A stretch of DNA of 64,000 bases from Alphaproteobacteria bacterium (GTDB lineage Bacteria > Pseudomonadota > Alphaproteobacteria > Bin95): contig OZ219785.1 of the NCBI GenBank assembly GCA_964291285.2, forward strand, positions 992,001 to 1,056,000, read 5' to 3'. The translations under genes and the position numbers were made by a program. A model generated the notes under the pieces. It was not told the DNA's origin. It worked only from the letters and a program-made list of their open reading frames with translations, and did not search any database. How positions within the stretch are numbered: position 1 is the stretch's first letter; each line of letters begins with the position of its first letter. Positions 15,533 through 25,441 of this stretch are shown here, piece after piece.

Positions 15533-16774
15533 CTACTCCGCTGCGGCGGCCGGCGCTTTCAGGTCGGTGGAGTATCTGATCGAGACGGGGGCTTCGGCCT
15601 CGAAGGGGCTCTTCAGGTCGAGCTCCTTCGCGATCTCGCGGATCGCCGGGAAAACCTCCGTGCCGATCATCCTGATGCAGGTCATCGAGTCCTCCTGGCT
15701 CACGGTCCCGTCATTGCCCCAGAGCGCCAGGATGCCGGGCCGCGTCTCCTCCAGGATGCGGCGCAGCTTCGGCACCACCGTGTCCGGCGTGCCGGCGATG
15801 ATGCGCAGATCCTCCATCTGCTGCTCGAAGCTCGTCTGCCCGCGCGGGTTGGCCCGGCGCCCGGCGGCGAACTCGACGAAGGCGCGGCGGTTGCGCGGCG
15901 AGGAATAGCCGGACGGCGTGGACCAGACGGGGTGCGCCAGGCCCGTGAACTCGCCCTGCATCCAGCGGAACTGGCGCGCGTTCTCGATCGCCTTCTCCTC
16001 ATTGTCGGAGACGTGGACCTGGATCAGGTAGCCCCGGTTCTCCGGCCCGGCCTCGTAGCCGGCCTCGAGCGCCACATCGTCATAGACCTGCCAGATCTTC
16101 TTGGTGTCGGCGATGGAGGTGTTGAGCGCGATATAGGGATAGCGCTGCTGCGCGGCCCACACGATGGTCTCGCGGCTGATGACGCCCGGCACCCAGACGC
16201 GCGGATAGGGCTTCTGCAGCGGCACCGCCCAGGGATTGACCACCCGGTTCTGGTAGTGCCTGCCCTCGAAGCGGAAGGGACCGGTCTCGGTCCAGGCGCG
16301 GACGACGAGGTCGTGCGCCTCCTCGAAGCGCTCGCGGTTGTAGGCGGGGTTGACGCCGGCGGCGAGCTGCTCCTGGCCGCCGCCGCGCACGAAGCCGGAG
16401 ACCAGGCGGCCCTTGGAGATCATGTCGATCATCGCCAGCTCTTCGGCGAGCCGGACCGGGTTCTCCGCCAGCGGCAGCGGGTTGCCGAGCATGACGATCT
16501 TCACCTTCTCGGTCATGCCGGCCAGGATCGCCGCGAAGATGTTGGCCTTGGCCTGCATGCAGAACGGCGCATTGTGGTGCTCGTTCAGCATGATGCCGTC
16601 TATGCCGACTTCCTCGGCGTAGAGATACTGCTCCAGGAACTCGTTGTAGAGGCGGCTGCCGTCCACCGGGTCGAAATAGCGGTTGGAGAACATCAGCGCC
16701 GTCGCGCCGAACTCCAGGCCCTTGTCCGCCGGGTAAGTGGACATGGGCTGCTCGGTGAAATACATGAGATGCAT
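15533..16774 (-). CDS. LLM-class flavin-dependent oxidoreductase
   Basis: NEHH and NPVRLAEELAMIDMISKGRL motifs. Confidence 0.9.
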   Translation of the reverse strand: MHLMYFTEQPMSTYPADKGLEFGATALMFSNRYFDPVDGSRLYNEFLEQYLYAEEVGIDGIMLNEHHNAPFCMQAKANIFAAILAGMTEKVKIVMLGNPLPLAENPVRLAEELAMIDMISKGRLVSGFVRGGGQEQLAAGVNPAYNRERFEEAHDLVVRAWTETGPFRFEGRHYQNRVVNPWAVPLQKPYPRVWVPGVISRETIVWAAQQRYPYIALNTSIADTKKIWQVYDDVALEAGYEAGPENRGYLIQVHVSDNEEKAIENARQFRWMQGEFTGLAHPVWSTPSGYSSPRNRRAFVEFAAGRRANPRGQTSFEQQMEDLRIIAGTPDTVVPKLRRILEETRPGILALWGNDGTVSQEDSMTCIRMIGTEVFPAIREIAKELDLKSPFEAEAPVSIRYSTDLKAPAAAAE

Positions 16775-16780
16775 CGGCCG

Positions 16781-17569
16781 TTACTCCGCGATGAAGTCCA
16801 GGACGAGCCGCGCCAGCGCCTCCGGGCGCTCCAGCGCGACGGCGTGGCCGCAATCCGCGACGGTTTCCAGGCGGGCGTTCGGCAGGGCGGCGGCATATTG
16901 CGCCGCGCAGTCCGCCGGCACCACCCCGTCGTCGGCCCCGTGCACCACCAGCGCCGGCGCGGTGACGCTGCCCAGCAGCGGCGCCAGGGTCTGGCTGTAC
17001 ATGTAGGGCTTCCAGGCGATGCGGAAGCACATTTCGCGGCAGATGTCCCAGGCTTCGAGCTGGTCGTTCGTGGGCTCGCGCCCATAGACCGCGTCGAAGG
17101 CGGCGGGGTCCTTGAAGAAGGCCTCGGCATAGTCGATATAGCCGACCAGCGCCTGGTCGAGGATAAAGCCCTCGCGCGGCTGGAGGCCCATCGCGCCGAC
17201 CAGCACCAGCCGGTCCACATCGGCGGGCGCCATGCTCGCCATCTCGGCCGCCACCCAGCCGCCGAAGCCGAGCCCGACCAGGGTCGCGCGTCCGACGCCG
17301 AGCCCCGCCAGCAGGCCGCGATAGAGCACCGCCAGGTCGCGCACGCTGCGCATCCACTCCGCCCGCTCGCTGCCGAGGCCGAAACCGGGATGGACCGGCA
17401 TCAGCACATCGCGGGAGCCCGAAAGCGCCTCTGCGAACACCGCGCGGTCCGGACAGCCGATATCGTGGTGCAGGATCAGCACCGGGCTGCCGGTGCCGCA
17501 GCGGCAATAGCGCACCGGCACTCCCGCCACCTTCGTCTCCTGCCAATAACCGTCGCAACCCCCGGCCAT
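16781..17569 (-). CDS. Alpha/beta hydrolase-fold protein
   Basis: HPGFG, GLGFGGW at the nucleophile elbow (no Ser), HGADD and CGH motifs. Confidence 0.8.
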   Translation of the reverse strand: MAGGCDGYWQETKVAGVPVRYCRCGTGSPVLILHHDIGCPDRAVFAEALSGSRDVLMPVHPGFGLGSERAEWMRSVRDLAVLYRGLLAGLGVGRATLVGLGFGGWVAAEMASMAPADVDRLVLVGAMGLQPREGFILDQALVGYIDYAEAFFKDPAAFDAVYGREPTNDQLEAWDICREMCFRIAWKPYMYSQTLAPLLGSVTAPALVVHGADDGVVPADCAAQYAAALPNARLETVADCGHAVALERPEALARLVLDFIAE

Positions 17570-17642
17570 CCGGCTGTCCCCTCTCCTTCGCTTCGGGCAC
17601 AAAGCTAACACGCCCGACGGGGCCAGCAACCGGCAACGGCCG

Positions 17643-18725
17643 TCACATGCCCGCGGACTGCAATCGCTCGAGGGCGATGCCCAACACGCGGTCGTCGAAT
17701 ATCCGGCGCTTGCGCCGCCCCCATTCGGGTCCGGCCGGCCATGCCTCGACGCCGCCGGCGATGGCGGCAACCTCCGGTGCGCAGCCTTCCCGTGTCAGGA
17801 GCCAATCGACCGTTGCCAGCAATTCCAAGCCGAAAGGCGACTGGAAGCCGTCGATCAGGTCTTCCACCTTCTCGACGACGGCGCCGTAACCGTCTGCATC
17901 GGATGTCTTGAGAAATGCCTCAACCCGGTCGCTGCGGTCGTAACGGCACCGTACGACATCGAAGGGCTTCGCGTCGGGGATGCGGATGTCCGCGTGGAGA
18001 TAGCTGCCGTCCAGCCCGTCGAGCAGATGGGTCAGCCGGTGCGAATAGGGGCCATAGCGCTCGGCTTCGAACCGCAACTCCAGCCGGTCCGGCAATCCCA
18101 GCTTCGCCGCGACCCGCTCCGCGAACCAGGCGAGCTTGTGCATTTCAAGCAATGTGCATTCGAAGCCCAGCACCTCGTACCGGCGCAGCAGGCCGGCCAT
18201 CGCGGCTCGCGCCGGGGTGAGCGTTTCGACACCGGCGCGCTTGCTCACATTGCGGTATTCGTCCGTCGGCTCGAAGACAATGACCCGGACGCCCTCAAGC
18301 CCGCCAAGATGCTGGTCGATGCGCGGCCGCACCTCGTTCCAGTCCAGGCCGCCATTGCCGGCCCCGAGCGGCGGCAATGCAACGGAACGGATGCCTTCCC
18401 CCCGCACCAGCGCCGCCAATTCTGAAAGGCCGCTCTCGATCCACTCCATGCGCGATTTGCCGCGCCAGTGGTCCTTGGTCGCGAAGTTCACGATCAGCCG
18501 GGGGCCGACCAGATCGTTTGTGCGATGAACGAACAGGCCGCCGGGCCGGAGGTCGCCGGCCTTGCACGCAGCCCGGTACGAGCGGTAGTTCTCCGGGAAT
18601 GCCTCGCGGAACATGAGCGCGACGCCCTTGCCCATCACACCGACGCAATTGACGGTGTTGACCAACGCCTCCGCTTCGGCGTCGAGGAGATTCCCCGTCC
18701 CGGTTTCGATCACCGGAAATACCAT
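17643..18725 (-). CDS. darG: DarG macrodomain antitoxin (DNA ADP-ribosyl glycohydrolase)
   Basis: LVNTVNCVGVMGKGVA, VNFATKDHWR, PPLGAGNGGLDW, YGPYS and GLELLATVDW motifs. Immediately downstream of darT; may start at GTG 18713. Confidence 0.92.
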   Translation of the reverse strand: MVFPVIETGTGNLLDAEAEALVNTVNCVGVMGKGVALMFREAFPENYRSYRAACKAGDLRPGGLFVHRTNDLVGPRLIVNFATKDHWRGKSRMEWIESGLSELAALVRGEGIRSVALPPLGAGNGGLDWNEVRPRIDQHLGGLEGVRVIVFEPTDEYRNVSKRAGVETLTPARAAMAGLLRRYEVLGFECTLLEMHKLAWFAERVAAKLGLPDRLELRFEAERYGPYSHRLTHLLDGLDGSYLHADIRIPDAKPFDVVRCRYDRSDRVEAFLKTSDADGYGAVVEKVEDLIDGFQSPFGLELLATVDWLLTREGCAPEVAAIAGGVEAWPAGPEWGRRKRRIFDDRVLGIALERLQSAGM

Positions 18726-19290
18726 TTCGGTCGCTCCGCTACTAGAAGTATAACACCTGCGTCCTCAATGAGCAATTCGATTTTTCGTGCATCTGAGGCC
18801 GTTTTTGTCGCTAACCCAAGCAGAGCGTTCGTAGGCACATGCATGTGAACTAGCGCCTCCGCCTGATAGCGCCCGATCTTATCTGGATCATTTCGATCAC
18901 GCTTAAAGTCTCTTCGTCGCAGTAGCTCCCAGTCGATCAAGTCGAGACCCGACTGAGGTGTGGAGAATTTCGCTGCCCCCAAATACGCATGAGAGTCAGT
19001 CACGAGGCATCGGGCACCAGCTTCCTCCAGACGGGCGATCGATGTGACAACAAATACGATTTCACCGGGTTTTCTCTGCTGCGCGCCGACTCGGCCAGAA
19101 AGGATATTTAGCTGCATCGGTGAATAGGGAGTGAAATAAAACGGCACATAGTCATTCAGAGTGCCGCCAGGTGGAGTGGGGACCAATCGTCGTTCGCGTT
19201 TTCCAATGAGATCTGGATTTCCGATGGGAACTATATACTTGACGATCCTAAATGAGCGGGGTATGATGGTCTCAATCGAAGGAGATCGTC

Positions 19291-20202
19291 ATGGACAGCC
19301 TCATTCAGTTCACGCAGCGGTTCGCAACGGTTGAAGCCTGCTTGGACCACCTTCGGGCGGTGCGGTGGGCCGATGGGGCTTATTGCCCGCACTGCGGCGG
19401 CGCGGATCGCATCTACCACTACAGCGACGGCCTCCGGCACAAGTGCGGCGAGTGCCGGCGCACTTTCCGCCTGATCACCGGCACCATCTTCGCGGACAGC
19501 CCGATCAAGCTGCTGCCGAAGTGGTTTGCGGCAATCTGGCTCGATACATGCCATGCGAAGGGCATTTCGAGCGTCCAGCTTGCGAAGGATATAGGGGTCA
19601 CTCAGAAGACGGCTTGGCATATGCTTCACCGTATCCGCCATGCGGCCGGCAACGATACGACCGGGATGCTGGGCGGGACCGTTGAAGTCGATGAGACCTA
19701 CATCGGCGGCAAAGAGAAGAACAAGCACAAGAGCAAGCGGACCGAGGGAACGCGGGGTCGCAGCACCAAGACGAAATCGGTGGCATTCGGCATTGCCGAG
19801 CGCGGCGGCGAAACAAGGGCCTTCGCGGTGGAAGGCGCGGCGACTCGCCATATCATGCCCCATGTGCTCCGCAATGTGGCGCTCGGATCGACGGTCAACG
19901 CGGACGAACACCGGCCCTATTCGTCGCTCGACAGCTACTACGCGCTGGAGCGCGTCAATCATGGTCGCGGCGAGTATGTGCGCGGGAAAGCCCATACGAA
20001 CACCGTGGAAGGCTTCTGGGCGCTGGTGAAGCGGGCCTATGTCGGCATTCACCACCATTGGAGCCGGAAGCACTCGCAACGCTACCTCGACGGATGCACC
20101 TATCGCCTGAATTGCCGGAAGATGGGCCGGGCGGACAGAGTGACGCGCTTGCTCGGCCGCGGGATCGGAGTCAGGCTCCCCTACAAGGTGCTGACACAAT
20201 GA
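19291..20202 (+). CDS. IS1595-family transposase
   Basis: Zn ribbon CPHCG...CGEC, VEVDETYIGG, VNHG..EYVRG..HTNTVEGFW. Confidence 0.93.
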   Translation: MDSLIQFTQRFATVEACLDHLRAVRWADGAYCPHCGGADRIYHYSDGLRHKCGECRRTFRLITGTIFADSPIKLLPKWFAAIWLDTCHAKGISSVQLAKDIGVTQKTAWHMLHRIRHAAGNDTTGMLGGTVEVDETYIGGKEKNKHKSKRTEGTRGRSTKTKSVAFGIAERGGETRAFAVEGAATRHIMPHVLRNVALGSTVNADEHRPYSSLDSYYALERVNHGRGEYVRGKAHTNTVEGFWALVKRAYVGIHHHWSRKHSQRYLDGCTYRLNCRKMGRADRVTRLLGRGIGVRLPYKVLTQ

Positions 20203-21076
20203 CCGCCGCAGAGATTGTCCCCTTCGAGAATGTGCTACGGCGCACCCGCCGCCCCTATCTCGACAAGGCCCCGGCAACGCCCTTCGTGAAATGGGCGGGC
20301 GGCAAGCGAGCGCTCATCCCCGACATTGCCAAGCATCTTCCCGAACGAATCGGCAACTATTGGGAGCCGTTCATCGGAGGCGGCGCCGTCTTCTTCACCT
20401 TCGCGGATCGCATGGACCGGGCGATCCTGTCGGACCGCAACGAGGAATTGGTCATCGCCTATCAGATCGTGAAGGACAATGTGGACGATCTGATTGAAGC
20501 CCTTCGCGCCCATGAGCGCGGCCACAAGGACGACCGCTACTATCTCCGCGTTCGAGCGCAAGAGCCAACGGATGCGCTCGCCATCGCCGCGCGGTTCATC
20601 TACCTGAACAAGACCTGCTTCAACGGCCTTTACCGCGTGAACAAGCAGGGCAAGTTCAACGTCCCGAAGGGTCGCTACAAGAACCCGGACATTTGCAACC
20701 CGGAAAAGCTGCGCGCCGCCAGCAAGGTTCTGGCGAAGGCGACTATCCGGCTGGGTGACTTCGAGAAGGTTGTGCGGCCGGGACCGGAAGACTTCATCTA
20801 CTGCGACCCGCCTTACGACGATTGTTTCACCGGCTACCAGCCTGGCGGCTTCACTGGAGACGACCAGGAGCGGCTTCGCAACTCCGTGAACACTTGGGCC
20901 GACGCGGGCGCGGCGGTGCTGCTGTCGAACAGCGATACGCCGCTCATTCGTCGCCTGTATCGGGGGGGGGGGGAGGTAGATTCTCCGTCCATGAGGCCGA
21001 AGCCCCGCGCCTCATAAACAGTCGCGCCGAAGGGCGCGGGGCCGTTGCCGAGCTGATCATCACCACCTATGGCTAG
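20199..21076 (+). pseudogene. Dam/D12-family N6-adenine DNA methyltransferase, frameshifted at a G12 tract
   Basis: KWAGGK, EPFIGGGAV, YLNKTCFNGLYRVN, YCDPPY and LSNSD motifs. The family-type C-terminus (RLINSRAEGRGAVAELIITTYG) lies in another frame after the G run at 20962-20973. Confidence 0.88.
20962..20973 (+). repeat. Poly-G12 homopolymer (possible phase-variation tract)
   Basis: Twelve consecutive G. G10 or G13 would restore the methylase frame. Confidence 0.8.
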
Positions 21077-21111
21077 AGGCGCACGGGCAAACAGGCGCGG
21101 GCGCACGCTAG

Positions 21112-23126
21112 CCCGACTTCCGCAACTCGGCTTGAGAATCGACTGATTTGACGGTTTTCCGGCGCGAGAAGTGTCGGATTTCGGTGCAGTACCTCTCGGG
21201 ACCGGCTTGTAGTGCCGACCTACCCCCTTGATCGGGCTGGCGAAGATCCGGACGCTGCGCTGATGTTCGTGCGCTGCAAGAGACGCTTCAAGGACGGCAA
21301 GGAGCACCGCTACTGGAGCGTTGTGGAGAACGTCCGGGTCCACGGCGGTCGGGTTGTTCAGCGTCAGGTGCTCTATCTCGGGGAGATCAACGACAGCCAG
21401 CGAGCGGCGTGGTGCCGCTCGATCGAGGTGGTGGAGGGCAAGTCGCGATCACGGCAGATGGCGCTGTTTCCCGAGGACCGGGAGGCGCCGGCGCTGACTT
21501 GCGAAGTGGTGAAGATCGACCTCTCGCAGGTGGCGCTTCACGACCCGCGCCAGTGGGGGGCGTGCTGGCTGGCGCTGTCCTTGTGGGACCGCCTGGACCT
21601 GGACCGCTTCTGGGAAGAGCGGCTGCCGGCGAGCCGGCAAGGCACGCGGTGGCTGGACATCCTGAAGATCCAGGTCTGCTACCGGCTGATCGACCCGGGC
21701 AGCGAGTGGCGCCTTCACCGTCACTGGTATGAGCACAGCGCGCTTCGCGATCTTCTGGGTGGCGAGCGGGCGATCGCCGACGACACACTCTATCGCTGTC
21801 TCGACAAGCTGCTGGCGCACAAGCAGGGCTTCTTCTCGTTTCTGCGCGACCGCTGGGCGACGCTGTTCGAGGCGCGCTTCGACGTGCTGCTCTACGACCT
21901 GACCTCGACCTACTTCGAGAGCGATCCGCCGTTCGATGACAAGCGCCGCTTCGGCTACAGCCGGGACAAGCGGCCCGACTGCGTGCAGGTGGTGATCGCC
22001 CTGATCGTTACGCCGCAGGGCTTTCCGCTGGCCTATGAGGTGATGCCGGGCAACACCTCCGACGACACCACGCTGGCGGCGTTCCTCAAGAAGATCGAGG
22101 ATCAGTATGGCCGCTCCGAGCGGGTGTGGATCATGGACCGCGGCATCCCCACCGAGGAGACGCTGGCCGCGATGCGCGAGGGCGAGGCGCCGGTGCGCTA
22201 CCTGGTGGGCACGCCCAAGGGCCGGCTGACGCGGCTCGAGAAGGTGTTCCTGGGCCTGCCCTGGCAGGAGGTGCGCCAGTCCGTGACTGTCAAGCTTCTG
22301 GTCGAGGATGGCGAGCTCTACGTCCTGGTGCGCAGCGAGGGGCGGCAGGTGAAGGAACGCGGCATGCGCCGGCGCCGGCTGAAGAGGCTGTGGCGTCGAT
22401 TGGCCGAGTTGCAAGGGCAGTCGAACAGCCGGGATCAGTTGTTGCTCAAGCTCGGCGCCGCCAGGAAGGAGGCCGGCCGGGCCTGGAGCCTGGTCGACAT
22501 CACCGTGCCCGGGACCGACAGCGAACTCGCCGCCAACGGCTTCTCATTCCGCCTGCAGCGCGACCGGCTGCGCCAGGTCCGCCGCCGCGAGGGCCGTTAC
22601 CTGCTGCGATCCAACATGGTCGCCGAAGACCCCGCCACGCTGTGGCATCTGTACATGCAGCTCGTCGAGATCGAGCAGGCGTTCAAGGAACTCAAGCACG
22701 ACCTCGCGATCCGCCCCATCTTCCATCAGCGCCAAGAGCGCATCGAGGCGCATATCTTCGTCTCGTTCATCGCCTACTGCCTGCTGGTGACCCTGAAGAA
22801 CCTCGCCCGGCCGCGCGCCCCGGGCCTCACCCCACGCGCCATCCTTGAGGCCTTCGCCACCATCCAGATGGTGGACGTCCATCTGCCAACCACCGACGGC
22901 CGGCACCTCGTCCTGCCGCGCCACACCCGGCCGAACAAGGAGCACGAGCTACTGCTGCAACAGCTCGGCATGACCTGGCCGCAGCAACCCGCACCCCGGA
23001 TCTCCGCCTGACGGCACACGGCGCCGCCTCTCCGTTCGCCGCCTTGTAGTGCCGACCCTCGGGGAGACGATCAAGGCTATTCAATGAGTTAGCATCCTCA
23101 TGACCCCCGAGTTGCGGAAGTCGGGG
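21112..23126 (+). mobile_element. IS1634-family insertion sequence
   Basis: Terminal inverted repeats CCCGACTTCCGCAACTCGG / CCGAGTTGCGGAAGTCGGG(G), flanked by TAG on both sides. Confidence 0.88.
21263..23011 (+). CDS. IS1634-family DDE transposase
   Basis: LYDLTSTYFE, FGYSRDKRPDCVQV, IMDRGI and IEQAFKELKHDLAIRPIFHQ motifs. Confidence 0.92.
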   Translation: MFVRCKRRFKDGKEHRYWSVVENVRVHGGRVVQRQVLYLGEINDSQRAAWCRSIEVVEGKSRSRQMALFPEDREAPALTCEVVKIDLSQVALHDPRQWGACWLALSLWDRLDLDRFWEERLPASRQGTRWLDILKIQVCYRLIDPGSEWRLHRHWYEHSALRDLLGGERAIADDTLYRCLDKLLAHKQGFFSFLRDRWATLFEARFDVLLYDLTSTYFESDPPFDDKRRFGYSRDKRPDCVQVVIALIVTPQGFPLAYEVMPGNTSDDTTLAAFLKKIEDQYGRSERVWIMDRGIPTEETLAAMREGEAPVRYLVGTPKGRLTRLEKVFLGLPWQEVRQSVTVKLLVEDGELYVLVRSEGRQVKERGMRRRRLKRLWRRLAELQGQSNSRDQLLLKLGAARKEAGRAWSLVDITVPGTDSELAANGFSFRLQRDRLRQVRRREGRYLLRSNMVAEDPATLWHLYMQLVEIEQAFKELKHDLAIRPIFHQRQERIEAHIFVSFIAYCLLVTLKNLARPRAPGLTPRAILEAFATIQMVDVHLPTTDGRHLVLPRHTRPNKEHELLLQQLGMTWPQQPAPRISA

Positions 23127-23707
23127 TAGAGAACGCCATCAACGACCTGCTGTCGGAAGAATATGAGCAGGTTTCGCCGGCCCGGTTCTTCGCCATGCGT
23201 TCGCTCCGCCAGCCCATCTTCGCCGAGCAATGCACCATAGGGCGCGACATCTACGGCAAGCAGCGCCGCGTCGATTTCATCCTCTACCATCCGCAGCGCT
23301 GGGCGGAGTGCTTGGTCATTCAGTGCAAGTGGCAGGCTTCATCCGGCAGCGTCGATGAGAAGTTCCCCTTCGAGGTGCTGTCGATCCAACTCAACGAATT
23401 CGATACAATCCTCGTGCTGGACGGTGGTGGCTACAGTGCCGGCGCGGAACAGTGGCTTCGCGGACAGGCTGGCAAGAACAAGCTCCGCCATGTCCTAAGC
23501 CTTGGAGAGATCAGCAAGTTTCAAAGTCAGGGGCGACTATAGGGATCGTCTTGTATATAAGTCCCTTTCCGATTGACACGAAATCAGGATCTTGGAGGCC
23601 GGAGGCTGCATGAAGGCCATTGCGCAGCAACCACGGAAGGTTCCGAACATGCGTGATGCGGAACAACCATGCGCGGTCGCGGGATATCAGTTGGTTGGGT
23701 GCCACTC

Positions 23708-25441
23708 TCACGCGATCCTGTCGCCCTGCTCGATTTTCGGGGCGGTGCGGTTGTCCATGCCGGGAAGCATCTGGGCCGGGTCGCGGGTGACGACGACATC
23801 GACGACGCTTGGGCGGCCCTGCTCGGCGATGGCCTCGGCGAAGGCGGCGTCGAGGTCGGCCGGGTCCTCGACGCGCACGCCGTGGCAGCCGAGCGCGCGG
23901 GCGGCGTCGGCATAGTTGGTCTCGGAGAGGTCGGAGGACTGGTAGCGGCCTCCGTACATGGCGTGCTGGAGTGCCTTCACATAGCCCGACGCGGCGTTGT
24001 TGACGACCGCCACCGTGACGCCGAGGCCGAGGCGGCGCGCGGTCTCGATCTCGCCCAAGGTCATGTTGAAGCCGCCGTCGCCGGAGAGCGCCACCACCGG
24101 CCGGTCGCCGGCGGCCAGCGCCGCGCCCATGCCGCCCGGCAGGCCGTAGCCGATGGAGGCGAAGCCGCGGTCGGCGATATAGGTGCGGCCGGCCTGCCGC
24201 GTGTCGTAGAGGAGGCCCGTCCAGTGGCCGGCGAAGCCGCCGTCGGCCACCAGTATGCCGTCGTCGGGGAGCGCCGTGCGGATGGCGTGGACCAGCCGCG
24301 CCATGTTGACCGGGACCTCCGCGCTCTCGTAGCGGGCGCGGGCCTCCTCGCGCCAGGCGGCATGGCGGCGGGCGGCCTCGCCGGTCCAGGCGCTGCGGTC
24401 GATGCGCGCGTCGCAGGCCGCCGCCAGGTCGTCGAGGCCGGCCGCGGCGTCGCCCCAGAGGCCGACATGGGCGCGCACGGCGCGGCCGATCTCGCCCGCC
24501 TCGATTTCCAGGTGGATGAGCGGGATATGCGCCGGCGGCAGCGTGTAGCGCTTCGTCGCGATCTCGCCGAGCTTGCAGCCGACCGCGATCAGCGCGTCCG
24601 CCTCCTCGATCAGCCCGTTGGCGATGCGGTCGTAGCGCCCGAACAGGCCGACGGACAGCGGGTGCGTGCAGGCGATGGCGCCCTTGCCGGACATGGTGTG
24701 CGCGACCGGCACGCCATGCGTCTCGGCGAAACGGCGCAGCGCCTCCCAGGCTTCGGAGAGGTGGATGCCGCCGCCGGCGAGCAGCAGCGGGCGCTCGGCG
24801 CGGTCGAGGAGGGCCGCCGCCCGCTCCACCGCCGCCGCATCGGGCCGGCAGCGGAGCGAGGGGATGCGCTTGCACGCCTCGTCCACATAGAGCGCTTCCT
24901 CGCTGAAATCGAACTCGCCATGCGCGATGTCCTCCGGCACGTCGAGGATAACGGGGCCGGGCCGCCCGCCGGTCGCCACCGCGAAGGCGCGGCGCACATG
25001 CTCCGGGATGCGCTCGCCGACCTCGACCCGGATCACCTCCTTCACCGCCGGCGCCAGCATCTCGATCTGGCGGGTCTCCTGGGTCATGTTCTTCCAGGCA
25101 TGCGCCCGGTTGGCGTCGCCCACCACGGCGATCATCGGCACGCCGGCGTTCAGCGACTCCACGAGCGCGGTCAGCAGGTTGGTGGCGCCCGGGCCGAGGG
25201 TCGCATCGACCACGCCCGGCCGCCCGGTCACGCGCGCCCAGGCGTCGGCGGCGAAGGCCCCGCAGCGCTCGTCATTGATGAGCGTGTGGGTCATGCCGAG
25301 CGCGCGCACGCCGTCATAGAAGGGCAGGAGCTGGAAGCCCGCCATGCCCCAGACCGGCGCGCCGCCATAGGCGTTCAGCATTTCGGCGACGGCGCGGCCG
25401 CCATTCATCCGCCGCGTCGGGTCGTTGCGCCGGTCGGTCAT
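23708..25441 (-). CDS. Thiamine diphosphate-binding enzyme (acetolactate synthase-like)
   Basis: DERCGAFAAD, TLGPGATN and the GDGGF...NN ThDP motif. Confidence 0.9.
   Translation of the reverse strand: MTDRRNDPTRRMNGGRAVAEMLNAYGGAPVWGMAGFQLLPFYDGVRALGMTHTLINDERCGAFAADAWARVTGRPGVVDATLGPGATNLLTALVESLNAGVPMIAVVGDANRAHAWKNMTQETRQIEMLAPAVKEVIRVEVGERIPEHVRRAFAVATGGRPGPVILDVPEDIAHGEFDFSEEALYVDEACKRIPSLRCRPDAAAVERAAALLDRAERPLLLAGGGIHLSEAWEALRRFAETHGVPVAHTMSGKGAIACTHPLSVGLFGRYDRIANGLIEEADALIAVGCKLGEIATKRYTLPPAHIPLIHLEIEAGEIGRAVRAHVGLWGDAAAGLDDLAAACDARIDRSAWTGEAARRHAAWREEARARYESAEVPVNMARLVHAIRTALPDDGILVADGGFAGHWTGLLYDTRQAGRTYIADRGFASIGYGLPGGMGAALAAGDRPVVALSGDGGFNMTLGEIETARRLGLGVTVAVVNNAASGYVKALQHAMYGGRYQSSDLSETNYADAARALGCHGVRVEDPADLDAAFAEAIAEQGRPSVVDVVVTRDPAQMLPGMDNRTAPKIEQGDRIA

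Larger units (their letters stand above)
21069..23542 (+). pseudogene. PD-(D/E)XK nuclease (restriction-endonuclease-like) split by IS1634
   Basis: MARGARANRRGRTL (21069-21111) rejoins ENAINDLLSEEY...RRVDFIL...IQCKWQASSGSVDEKFPF (to 23542) when the IS and one TAG are removed. Confidence 0.8.
19226..23565 (+). mobile_element. IS1595-family transporter IS carrying methylase and nuclease passenger genes (contains a nested IS1634)
   Basis: Imperfect terminal inverted repeats GGGAACTATATACTTGACGATCCTA / TAGGGATCGTCTTGTATATAAGTCCC. 8-bp target duplication TTTCCGAT at 19218-19225 and 23566-23573. Confidence 0.92.
18710..23711 (-). pseudogene. darT: DarT DNA ADP-ribosyltransferase toxin split by an IS1595-family element (5' part 23566-23711, 3' part 18710-19225)
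   Basis: 5' part LFRITHVRNLPWLLRNGL...FVSIG joins in frame to NPDLIGKR...GGTLNDYVPFYFTPYSPM...RYQAEALVH once the element and one target duplication are removed. Confidence 0.9.
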
